A stretch of DNA of 64,000 nucleotides from a virus. Its lineage: Duplodnaviria; Heunggongvirae; Uroviricota; Caudoviricetes. Below the pieces are notes generated by a model that was given only the letters and a program-made list of their open reading frames with translations, was not told where the DNA came from and made no database searches. Shown piece by piece: positions 9,667 through 19,100 of the stretch. Positions within the stretch are counted from its first letter, which is position 1. Each line of letters opens with the position of its first letter. A program made the position numbers and the translations under genes. The DNA lies in the IMG/VR virus record IMGVR_UViG_3300034283_001314. One strand, written 5' to 3'.

Positions 9667-10116
9667 ATGGATCAGAAAGATTTAATTAAGGCGTTAGTAA
9701 AAGTTCTAAGAGAAGATATTAAAAAAACTCTAAAGGAAGAAATACGAATAGCGGTTAAAGAGGTGTTAAATGAAACAATTAATGAAACACCAAAACAAAA
9801 GGTAAATGAAAATTACCAAATGAAATCAAGAGATGATGGTAGCTATGGTACAATCCAATACGGACAAAGACCTATGATATCTCCATCTGATTTAGGATAT
9901 GGTGATAATTTTAGAGAATACTCACAGCCTGAAACGGTGGTAGGTGGAACTCAATCGGAGTATGGTTCTTATTTACAAGGACAAGAACAAAGTGGTATTC
10001 CATTAGAACATAAATTAGCAATGGCAGCTCAAAGAAATCCAGATGCTACTGCACCTGTATTAAAGGCTTTAAATAGAGATTATTCACAATTAGTTAAAAA
10101 ATTCAATAAGGGGTAG
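9667..10116 (+). CDS. Hypothetical protein, possible head core/internal protein
   Basis: Helical N-terminus with clustered [ILV]xE motifs. Confidence 0.5.
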   Translation: MDQKDLIKALVKVLREDIKKTLKEEIRIAVKEVLNETINETPKQKVNENYQMKSRDDGSYGTIQYGQRPMISPSDLGYGDNFREYSQPETVVGGTQSEYGSYLQGQEQSGIPLEHKLAMAAQRNPDATAPVLKALNRDYSQLVKKFNKG

Positions 10117-10122
10117 ATATAA

Positions 10123-10548
10123 GTGGCAATAGAAGTACAAAAATCGTTTGTAATTGATTCTCAGGACAGAAGTGTTGGGATATCATTACCATTGGGTAGT
10201 TCAAACAATGGATACTTTGCCGTTAATTATACTACAAAAGACCAGGTTAAAACAAATTTAAGAAACTTAATTTTAACTGAACCTGGTGAAAGGATTGGTA
10301 ACCCATTATTTGGTACACCACTAAGAAGATTTATTTTTGAACCATATATGGAAGGTGAATTTGAAGAAGGTATTGAAACTGCTATAACAACAGCAATCAA
10401 TACATATATGCCTTTCATTGGTATTGATTCTATTATATTCGATAAGAGTAATGAAAATAAAGATAAACATTTGGTAAATTTAGAATTAAAATATTCAATA
10501 AACTTTTCAGCAATTCCAATTGTTGATACATTAACGGTTAACATATAA
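10123..10548 (+). CDS. Baseplate wedge subunit (gp25/GpW-like)
   Basis: QVKTNLRNLILTEPGERIGNPLFGTPLRRFIFE; GTG start. Confidence 0.85.
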   Translation: MAIEVQKSFVIDSQDRSVGISLPLGSSNNGYFAVNYTTKDQVKTNLRNLILTEPGERIGNPLFGTPLRRFIFEPYMEGEFEEGIETAITTAINTYMPFIGIDSIIFDKSNENKDKHLVNLELKYSINFSAIPIVDTLTVNI

Positions 10549-10549
10549 T

Positions 10550-12580
10550 ATGGCACTGAATCCTAAAGATAAGTCGTGGATATCTAATAAGAAAGATATA
10601 AAATATTTAAACAGAGATTTTAGTTCTTTGAGACAATCTCTAATTGAGTTTACTAAAACATATTTTGCTAATACAAATAGTGATTTTAGTGATGCATCTC
10701 CTGGTATGATGTTTATAGAACAGGCCGCATATGTGGGTGATGTTTTATCATATTATACCGATGCTCAATTAAAAGAATCATTTATAAATGTAGCATCTGA
10801 TGTTGGAAATGTGTTTAGGCACGCTCAGAATTTTGGATATGTTCCTAAAATAAGTAGACCAGCAACTACTACATTGACAGTATATCAAGTAGTTCCATCG
10901 GTAAACCCATCTAATCCTGAACCTGATAGTAGATATTATCTTAAGATTAAAGAAGGTATGGAAGTGGTTTCATCTACTAATAATAATATAACATTTAGAA
11001 CTACGGATATAGTTGATTTTGCAGATCCTAATGGTAGAACAATTTCGGTTTTAACAAGAACTGGTACTCAAATAAATCAATTTTTGATTACAAAGGAAGT
11101 TCCTGCAATTAGTGCTACGGTGGAAACCTTAAATTTAACAAATTTTAATAATCCATTTAGACCTAATCCAACGTTTACTATTACTGATAATAGATTTATT
11201 AAAATTTTATCAATCAAAGATGTAAACGATCAAACATACTATTACGAAGTTCCATATTTGGCACAAGAAATGATATATGTTAAAGAACAAAACGCATCAA
11301 TTAATAATTCTGTATTATCAGCTAATTCAAATACTACACCTTATATTTTAAAGCAAATCAAAACAAACAAAAGATTTACTACTAGAGTTGTTGGTGAAGA
11401 ATTAGTACAAGTTAGATTTGGGGCAGCAAGTGAGTTTACGGCAGATGAAATGATTATACCTAATACTAAAAATGTAGGGTTGGGATTAAATAATTCAATT
11501 AGTAGATTAGAACAATCCTTTGATCCTTCTAATTTCTTAAAAACATCTACATATGGAATTGCTCCACAAAATGCAGAGTTGGAAATAAAATATTTATCAG
11601 GTGGTGGTATTGAATCAAATGTTAAAACAAATGATTTAAGAAGTATTACTAAAGTAGAATTTTTTGAAGACCTATTAAGTTTTGATAATATTAATTCGGT
11701 ATCATACAACGCAGCAAAAGCATCAATTGCAGTAGATAATTTGATTCCTGCAACGGGTGGTAGAGGATTAGAAACATTAGAAGAAATTAGAGAAAACGCG
11801 ATTGCAAACTACGCATCTCAAAATAGAGCAGTTACTAAACAAGATTATGAAGTAAGAGCATTATCATTAGAACCATCATTCGGTAGTATTGCAAAAGTAT
11901 ATGTTGAACAAGATTCAGCAGCTGATATAAATCCTACTCAAAATGTATTAAGAGATCCTAAGAGTAGAGATGAGTTTTTAAATATGACAAAATCCTTGAT
12001 AGGAAAATCAGATGCTGAATTAGAAACGGCTGTTAATAATTTTTTAGAAAGTAAGCAAACTATAAATTCAGAAAATAATCCATTTGCAATTAATATGTAT
12101 GTTTTATCATATAATTCGGATGGTAAATTGGTGGTAGCAAATAACGCAACTAAACAAAATTTAAAAAGTTATTTAAATGATTTTAGATTGATTACCGATG
12201 CAGTAAATATCATCGATGGTTTTGTTATAAATGTAGGTGTAAATTTTGAAATAACAACATATACCAACTATAACAAACAAGAAGTAGTATTAAATTGTAT
12301 ACAATCTATTACTGATTATTTTAATATAAACAATAGAAAGATAGGACAACCAATTAACTTAAGTGAATTAGAATTAGAAATAGCAAATGTAGATGGGGTA
12401 TCATCCGTTCCTAAAATAGAATTATATAATATTTGTGGTGATGGTACGGATAATAGTTATTCATTGTATTCATATGATATAAAAGAAGCAACTAAAAATA
12501 AAATAGTATATCCATCATTAGACCCTTCTATTTTTGAACTTAAGTTTCCAAATAAAGATATTAAAGGGAGAGCATTATAA
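10550..12580 (+). CDS. Baseplate wedge subunit (T4 gp6 / baseplate J-like)
   Basis: YLNRDFSSLRQSL...DFSDASPGMMFIEQAAYVGDVLSYY; ATGGRGLETLEEIR...QNRAVTKQDY. Confidence 0.85.
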   Translation: MALNPKDKSWISNKKDIKYLNRDFSSLRQSLIEFTKTYFANTNSDFSDASPGMMFIEQAAYVGDVLSYYTDAQLKESFINVASDVGNVFRHAQNFGYVPKISRPATTTLTVYQVVPSVNPSNPEPDSRYYLKIKEGMEVVSSTNNNITFRTTDIVDFADPNGRTISVLTRTGTQINQFLITKEVPAISATVETLNLTNFNNPFRPNPTFTITDNRFIKILSIKDVNDQTYYYEVPYLAQEMIYVKEQNASINNSVLSANSNTTPYILKQIKTNKRFTTRVVGEELVQVRFGAASEFTADEMIIPNTKNVGLGLNNSISRLEQSFDPSNFLKTSTYGIAPQNAELEIKYLSGGGIESNVKTNDLRSITKVEFFEDLLSFDNINSVSYNAAKASIAVDNLIPATGGRGLETLEEIRENAIANYASQNRAVTKQDYEVRALSLEPSFGSIAKVYVEQDSAADINPTQNVLRDPKSRDEFLNMTKSLIGKSDAELETAVNNFLESKQTINSENNPFAINMYVLSYNSDGKLVVANNATKQNLKSYLNDFRLITDAVNIIDGFVINVGVNFEITTYTNYNKQEVVLNCIQSITDYFNINNRKIGQPINLSELELEIANVDGVSSVPKIELYNICGDGTDNSYSLYSYDIKEATKNKIVYPSLDPSIFELKFPNKDIKGRAL

Positions 12581-13671
12581 TGATACTATTTCATACAGCA
12601 TCTAGTGATGCAAGTATTTACTTACAACAACCTTACCAAAATACAGGTATAGATGAGGTTTTAGAAATATCTAAACAATACTATGGTGATACTCCGGATA
12701 TCAGTAGAGTATTAATTAAGTTTAATGCAGCATCAGTTGTATCTAATATTACTAATAATAACTTCACAGCATCATTGCAGTTGAAAATAACGGAGGCTAA
12801 TGAAATAGCAAGTACATTTACAATTGAATTATTTGAGGTGAGTGGTAGTTGGGAAAATGGTACTGGCACTCGTTTTGATAATTTAACTACAAATGGTGCA
12901 AGTTGGTATTATAGAAATGAAAATAACTCAAATTGGTATAAAGAAATGGATGGTATTACCGCATCGTATGGTGTAGGTGTTACTGGTAGTTGGGATGGTT
13001 TAGGTGGTTCATGGTTTACTCAATCAATTGCAACTCAAACTTTTTCTTATACATTAGATGATATTAATTTAGATGTAACAAATGCAGTTAGAAATTGGAG
13101 AAGTGGTTCTACACATAATGGATTTATTATTAAATTAACATCCGCAGCAGAAGATATAACGAATAACTCTGATTATGGTAGTATTAAGATGTTTTCAAAA
13201 GAAACAAATACAATATACCAACCTAAATTAGTATTGGCTTATGCAGATAGTGGAAGTGTTACTGGTAGTTTAGCAGAGGTTAGTGATGTTATAAATTTAG
13301 CTAATTATGAATTTTTATATAGAGTGTATCCATCAAATCTTAAAAAAGAATATACCAAAGGTCAGAAAGTAACTATTAAGGTTGATGCAAGAGAATTATA
13401 TCCGGTTAAACAATTTAATTCAGTATTTGCACATCAAGTAAAATACTACTTACCAACTACTACATATTATTCAATCATAGATACAATAACAAAAGAACCA
13501 ATTATAGATTATTCCGAAAATACAAAAGTAGTAAGGGATAATTATAACAATTTAATAAAACTTAATTTTTCAAATTGGGCAGTTGGTAGAACATATACTT
13601 TATTATTAAAAGTAGTAGGTACGGATAATGAAGAAATTTTTGAAATTGGTACTTTTGATATTTATGAATAA
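12580..13671 (+). CDS. Virion protein with DNRLRE-like beta-sandwich domain
   Basis: DASIY...GIDEVLEISK, SRVLIKF, LDVTNAVRNW, NGFIIK, FSKETNTIYQPKL. Confidence 0.55.
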   Translation: MILFHTASSDASIYLQQPYQNTGIDEVLEISKQYYGDTPDISRVLIKFNAASVVSNITNNNFTASLQLKITEANEIASTFTIELFEVSGSWENGTGTRFDNLTTNGASWYYRNENNSNWYKEMDGITASYGVGVTGSWDGLGGSWFTQSIATQTFSYTLDDINLDVTNAVRNWRSGSTHNGFIIKLTSAAEDITNNSDYGSIKMFSKETNTIYQPKLVLAYADSGSVTGSLAEVSDVINLANYEFLYRVYPSNLKKEYTKGQKVTIKVDARELYPVKQFNSVFAHQVKYYLPTTTYYSIIDTITKEPIIDYSENTKVVRDNYNNLIKLNFSNWAVGRTYTLLLKVVGTDNEEIFEIGTFDIYE

Positions 13672-13673
13672 TA

Positions 13674-14921
13674 ATGGCAATAGAAAAAAAATATATTAAT
13701 TTTAGTGAAGTTGATAATAATGCTAATGTAACTACAAAACTATATTCCGATGTTTTTAATAAAGCGGAATTAGAAAAATCTGTAAATACATTAGTTACCG
13801 AATTAATCACACCTTTACCGGATAGAAATTTAGATTTAATTCCAAAACCTATCTATGATGCTGAAGTAACTAGAAGTTTAGAATTAGAGAAAGAAATAAT
13901 AGATTTACAGAATGAAGTAGATGATTTAACATCACAAGTTCAATCATTAACCGCAGATAGTGCTTCTTTGTATATTTCTAATGATAACTTATTGATAACT
14001 AATGCAAAATTAGAAAACTCATTAACATCAGTACAACAATCTCAATTAGAACTAAGACAAAATCTTACAACATCATTAACTAAAGCAATTAACGAAGCAA
14101 CCGAAAGAACCGCATTAGAAGCAGAAAATAATGGTTTGACTGCACAAAAGAATGCATTAGCTAAACAAATAGACACTTTAAATGGATTATTAGCAGCAGC
14201 TAATGCAAGTTTACAAGTAGCACAACAACAATTAAGTGCAAAAACACAAGCAATGGCAGCTGGTGGAGTTTCTACTGGACAATTAGCAACAATTTTATGG
14301 GAAAAAGGAGATCCTTCTAAAAATGGTGCTGTTGAAGGATTAGTGTATGATTGGGATTTAAATGCCGGTGGACAAAAAGTGTGGAGACCAGCTGGTAATT
14401 CAAAAGCATGGAGTAGTAAATATGTAGATGTAATTGTTGGACCAAAAGATGTAGATGTAGAATTAAAACAAACATTTTTTTTGGTACCAAATAAGTTTTC
14501 ATTAAAAGCAAATAGTACTCAAAGATTTACATTTGATAAACCAAACATATATGCAGTACCCTCTCCAGCAAATAAAAAATTAAAAAATGCAGCATTAGCG
14601 GCTTCGGCAATAGCAGCTGCTACTACTGCATATGTTGTAGCGGGTGGATTTGCCGTAGCGGGTGCAGTTGCTGCTGTCACTGGTGTTGCAGTAGCTACTG
14701 GGTTTAGTGCAGCAGCATATACAACCGTAGCTGCATTAGGTGGTCCTGTTGGTGCAGCAATTGCAGCGGTTGCAATTATTGGTTCGTTAATATATGCTGG
14801 AACAAGACCAAAATATAAAGATTATACAGAAACAATAACATTTGTAATAAAAGATAAAGATGCTAACGGTAAAACTGAAGATAAAACATTTACAGGAAAA
14901 GTACATTCATACGATAAATAA
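13674..14921 (+). CDS. Virion protein with coiled coil and long Ala/Gly/Val hydrophobic segment
   Basis: Heptad region about aa 65-190; uncharged segment of about 69 aa near the C-terminus. Confidence 0.6.
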   Translation: MAIEKKYINFSEVDNNANVTTKLYSDVFNKAELEKSVNTLVTELITPLPDRNLDLIPKPIYDAEVTRSLELEKEIIDLQNEVDDLTSQVQSLTADSASLYISNDNLLITNAKLENSLTSVQQSQLELRQNLTTSLTKAINEATERTALEAENNGLTAQKNALAKQIDTLNGLLAAANASLQVAQQQLSAKTQAMAAGGVSTGQLATILWEKGDPSKNGAVEGLVYDWDLNAGGQKVWRPAGNSKAWSSKYVDVIVGPKDVDVELKQTFFLVPNKFSLKANSTQRFTFDKPNIYAVPSPANKKLKNAALAASAIAAATTAYVVAGGFAVAGAVAAVTGVAVATGFSAAAYTTVAALGGPVGAAIAAVAIIGSLIYAGTRPKYKDYTETITFVIKDKDANGKTEDKTFTGKVHSYDK

Positions 14922-14924
14922 ACT

Positions 14925-16148
14925 ATGGCAATAAACGATTTTAAAAATATTGAAAATATAAATCTTAATTTAGATTCAACAGCACAATTAGTTGAGTCTA
15001 AAGATTTGGCTATATTCAAAACATCAGCAAAAAACAATACCGATTTTGGAATGTCTAGTAATGATGTTATTGAATTTAGAATATATGATATTTCAAATAA
15101 CTTATTAGAACAAACAGGTGGTAATAGTGTTAGATATATTCATAAAAATGATATGAGTAAATATCTAAAAAGTGAAATAGATTCTAAAACACAAGAAAAA
15201 ATATACGATATTGATGTTGAAAAATTAGTAAGAGAAAGTGGACATGAAAATGGTGAATATAAAGTAGCATTTAATTTTTTAAAGAATCATTTAGGAACAG
15301 AAAATTCTAAACAAAGAGTTTGGATACATGAAGTATCACCGAGTAGAACTGAAATTAGGGTAATGCCATTATTAACAAATGATGCAACACAAAACCAAAA
15401 AATTACATATCGATACAATACTTTTTTAAACAAAGGAAAGGAACTTAAAAATATAATAGGTCTTATTAAGAATACAATTGATTCATTAGAATTATCAATA
15501 AGCACTATAATAGATAATTATTTTATTTCTAAACATGGACAAATTTGGTTAAATGTAGTTAAGAGAGATTTTCAATTTGGTAATGATAACAAATATACAA
15601 ATTTTAAACAAAAAATATTTAAGGATTTTAAAAATAGTGTAAATTATCAATTAGAAGGTAAAGATTTTGATATTACATCACCTACATATGGCAAAGCACC
15701 TATTCAAAAATTAGATATTGATGAATATTTTGACAAACCACAAATAGATACTATCCTATTAAATAGATTAAGTGAGGCAATTGAATTTAGTTCTAAATTT
15801 ATTTCACAAATTAAAATACCACAAAGTGTTACAAACGAATCAAATAAAAAAGAAGGTTCATTGGTATTACAATCATTATTGGAAACTAATTATAAAGCTA
15901 AGAGTAATCTTACACAAACAAATAAGATAACAATCAATAAACCAAAACCGTCAGTTGCAACTCCGGCACCAATAGTAACACCTCCAATTAGTGCACCTAA
16001 TCCGGTTGTTCCTTTACCAGAACCTACTCCATCACGTGGAGGAGGAAGTGGGGGTGGTAGATCGATTGGTAATCCTGAAGATGGTGGGTTTGGTGGACCG
16101 GGTATGAGAGATCCTGAAATGGGTAGAGAACAAATAGAATATAGATAA
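14925..16148 (+). CDS. Hypothetical virion protein with Pro/Gly-rich C-terminus
   Basis: WIHEVSPSRTEIR motif; tail PKPSVATPAPIVTPP...GGGSGGG. Confidence 0.55.
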   Translation: MAINDFKNIENINLNLDSTAQLVESKDLAIFKTSAKNNTDFGMSSNDVIEFRIYDISNNLLEQTGGNSVRYIHKNDMSKYLKSEIDSKTQEKIYDIDVEKLVRESGHENGEYKVAFNFLKNHLGTENSKQRVWIHEVSPSRTEIRVMPLLTNDATQNQKITYRYNTFLNKGKELKNIIGLIKNTIDSLELSISTIIDNYFISKHGQIWLNVVKRDFQFGNDNKYTNFKQKIFKDFKNSVNYQLEGKDFDITSPTYGKAPIQKLDIDEYFDKPQIDTILLNRLSEAIEFSSKFISQIKIPQSVTNESNKKEGSLVLQSLLETNYKAKSNLTQTNKITINKPKPSVATPAPIVTPPISAPNPVVPLPEPTPSRGGGSGGGRSIGNPEDGGFGGPGMRDPEMGREQIEYR

Positions 16149-16159
16149 TATAAACAAAT

Positions 16160-16168
16160 ATAATTATA
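16160..16168 (+). promoter_or_regulatory. Putative late promoter variant ATAATTATA
   Basis: Intergenic, 6 nt before ATG 16175. Confidence 0.35.
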
Positions 16169-16174
16169 TAATAG

Positions 16175-19100
16175 ATGATAGCAGTAGAAGAAATATTAAG
16201 CGATAGTGGTTTAGGTGGCATTGGAACTAGCGCCGGTGGTGGAACTGGCGGTGGAACTGGTACTCCTCCACCTTCATCTGGTGAAAATTTAAAAGTTATA
16301 TTTAGAAACAAATCTAAATTTAAAGATAAATTAACATTTCCATTTGCAGGCCAAACTTATTATGAAAATTCAGTAGTTTCATTAAATTCTAATAATTTAA
16401 ATGATAGTGTAACAATATTGCCAAATATCGAAACTAATTTTAAATTAAAAAATTATATTGTTTTAACAAAGTCAACCACCATTAAAGAAGTAGAAGTATA
16501 TGATGATGTTGTTAATGATAGAGGTTCTGGAACTCCAAAAAATTATATTGAAAAAGTAAGAGTTAGTAGTATTAGAGTTGATGTATATGATTTAAACAAT
16601 GCTCTAATAGGTACACAAGAATATGAATTACCAACTACAATTGAATTAGATTTTGATTTAGAACAAAAGCAAAATGATCCGATTGAACCAAAGGCTAAAA
16701 ATCAAAACATAACATTAATTACAAATTATCTAAATACAAAATTAGATAATGAGTTAAGTGTAAAATTATTATCAGCAGATATACCAAGTGGTGTAATCCT
16801 AAAAAGTGGACAGGGGGTTGATATTTTGGCTGTTCCTGAAACTGATTACGGATTTACCATTGAGGTTCAGGGATTATCTACCTTTAAACTAAAAAATATT
16901 CGTTGGCAGTATGCAAATAAGTTTAACGAAAATAGTTTATTTAATGTAGAGGAATTTAAGATTATTTCAACTGATACTAAGGTAAATATTTCTAAGGATA
17001 TATTTAACGATAATATTATATTATTAATAGAAGTTGAACCAAATGATGTAAATTATCCTAAATTAACTTTAACGGATAAAACTATAAATGTTGGTGTAGA
17101 AGAAACTATTTTAGGATCTAAAACTAGTACTAAATCAATTAGTATACCTGCAGGAATTACAAATACTGATTTTGTAAAGGTTATAACTCCATATACATCA
17201 TTTAATTTACCAATTAATGCAACCACATTAGTTAATAAAGATATAGTATTAGACCTAAAAAAAGATTTTCAAAATAATGTAGGTTCATTTAAAGTAGTTT
17301 TAGTTCCATATAGTGAATTTTTCGGTGATGGACAAGTACAATCTATACAGGTAAACATTTCTCAATTAACGGATATTCCAATAATTGATACAATAGAATA
17401 TCCTACTAGTGTTTTAATTCCAACATATACATTTGGTGATGTTAATTTTACGATATCATTTGAATCAGTAGTTGCAACATCCGTATTAGTATATCATTCA
17501 AAAGAGGATGATAATACACAACTTGGTAAGTTAAAAGGTAAAGATTCAATTTCTTTAAATTATAATACGATTAAGAAATTTAAAGTAGGTGATTCAATTG
17601 ATTTACTTTTAGTACCATATAACAAAACAATAAAGGGAGAACCGGAAAGAATTTCAATTAAATTTGATGATTCTAATTTCTACGTTTCTACTCAAAATTT
17701 AAAAGATGAGTTGTTATTAGCAATATCATCTCAACTTAAAATTGAATTAAATAATAATACTTATTTAAATCATATTGCAACGTTTGATATAGATGACAAG
17801 CAAATTGTAGTATCTAATTGGGATGTTGATAATACTACATTTACTAAGTTTAAAACGGATGAGTTAGGTAACCAAATACCTGATGGTAATATAAATAAAA
17901 GTGTAGTAGTTAAGTTATATGAACCTTTACCGGCAAATATAAACAAAAACGATACACTATGGGTTTCAGAAATTAGTGCATTACCTATTTTACAATCGGT
18001 AATTCTAACAGGTACTCCTACTGATATTTGTGTTCCACTTCGTTCTCCTAATTTTAATGCAGATGTTGATTTTGTAAAGATGCAATCAACTGGAATGGGG
18101 AGTTATGATGATTTAATATTAAGTGGTTCAGCAACATCACAACAATTAGTTGAAAAATATTTAGCAGATAATTTTATTGATATTAAAGGAGTTAATATTG
18201 ATTATTCTGATTTTTCTAATTTCGTAAAATATAGTAGTGCAATTGAAAGATTAGCAAATTTTAGATATAAAAAAGAATTAGTTGAGTTTTATGATAATAG
18301 AATAAATTTATTAACTAGTTTAACTGCTAGTGCAACAAAGGAAATTGAGTTAGATACAACAAAGATTAAAAAATCTAATCTAATAACAGGTTTTGATGGT
18401 TTTGAAAATTATTTAACACAAAGTGTATTTACATCATCATTTGTAACTCAATTTGATGAAAGAGGTAATATTTCAGTTCCTAATACATCTTCTATAAATT
18501 TATATGAAACCTACTACGATTTAGCAGATTCATATGATAAAAACAGTAACAATCTATTAAAAAACAACATACCATTACATATTGTAGAAGATAGTGAGAA
18601 TTTAGATTTCTTATTATTTTTAGATATGATTGGTAATTATTTTGATATTATTTGGGCATATATTAAAGGAATTACGGAACAAAAAAATATATCAGAAGCA
18701 GCGTCAACAGGTATAAGTGATGACCTTTTATATGATTATTTAAAATCATTTGGATGGAATCCTAAAAACTTAAATTCAAATAAACAACTTTGGGATTATA
18801 CATTTGGATTAAATGGTGATGGTGGATTAAATGAAGATCCTATTGAACAATACTTAGGTGGTAATACTGAAAGAATTACACCTGAACAAGCTACTAAGCA
18901 GATTTGGAGACGTATAGCAAATAACTTACCTTATTTATTAAAACATAAAGGAAGTGCTAGAGGTATTACTGCATTATTGACTTGTTATGGTATTCCTGCA
19001 TCTAACTTATCTATTATGGAATTTGGTGGACCGAACATAGACACGGTTGAAGATGCACCTAAATTTGTATATAATAGTTTAACACATAATTTAGTATTTG

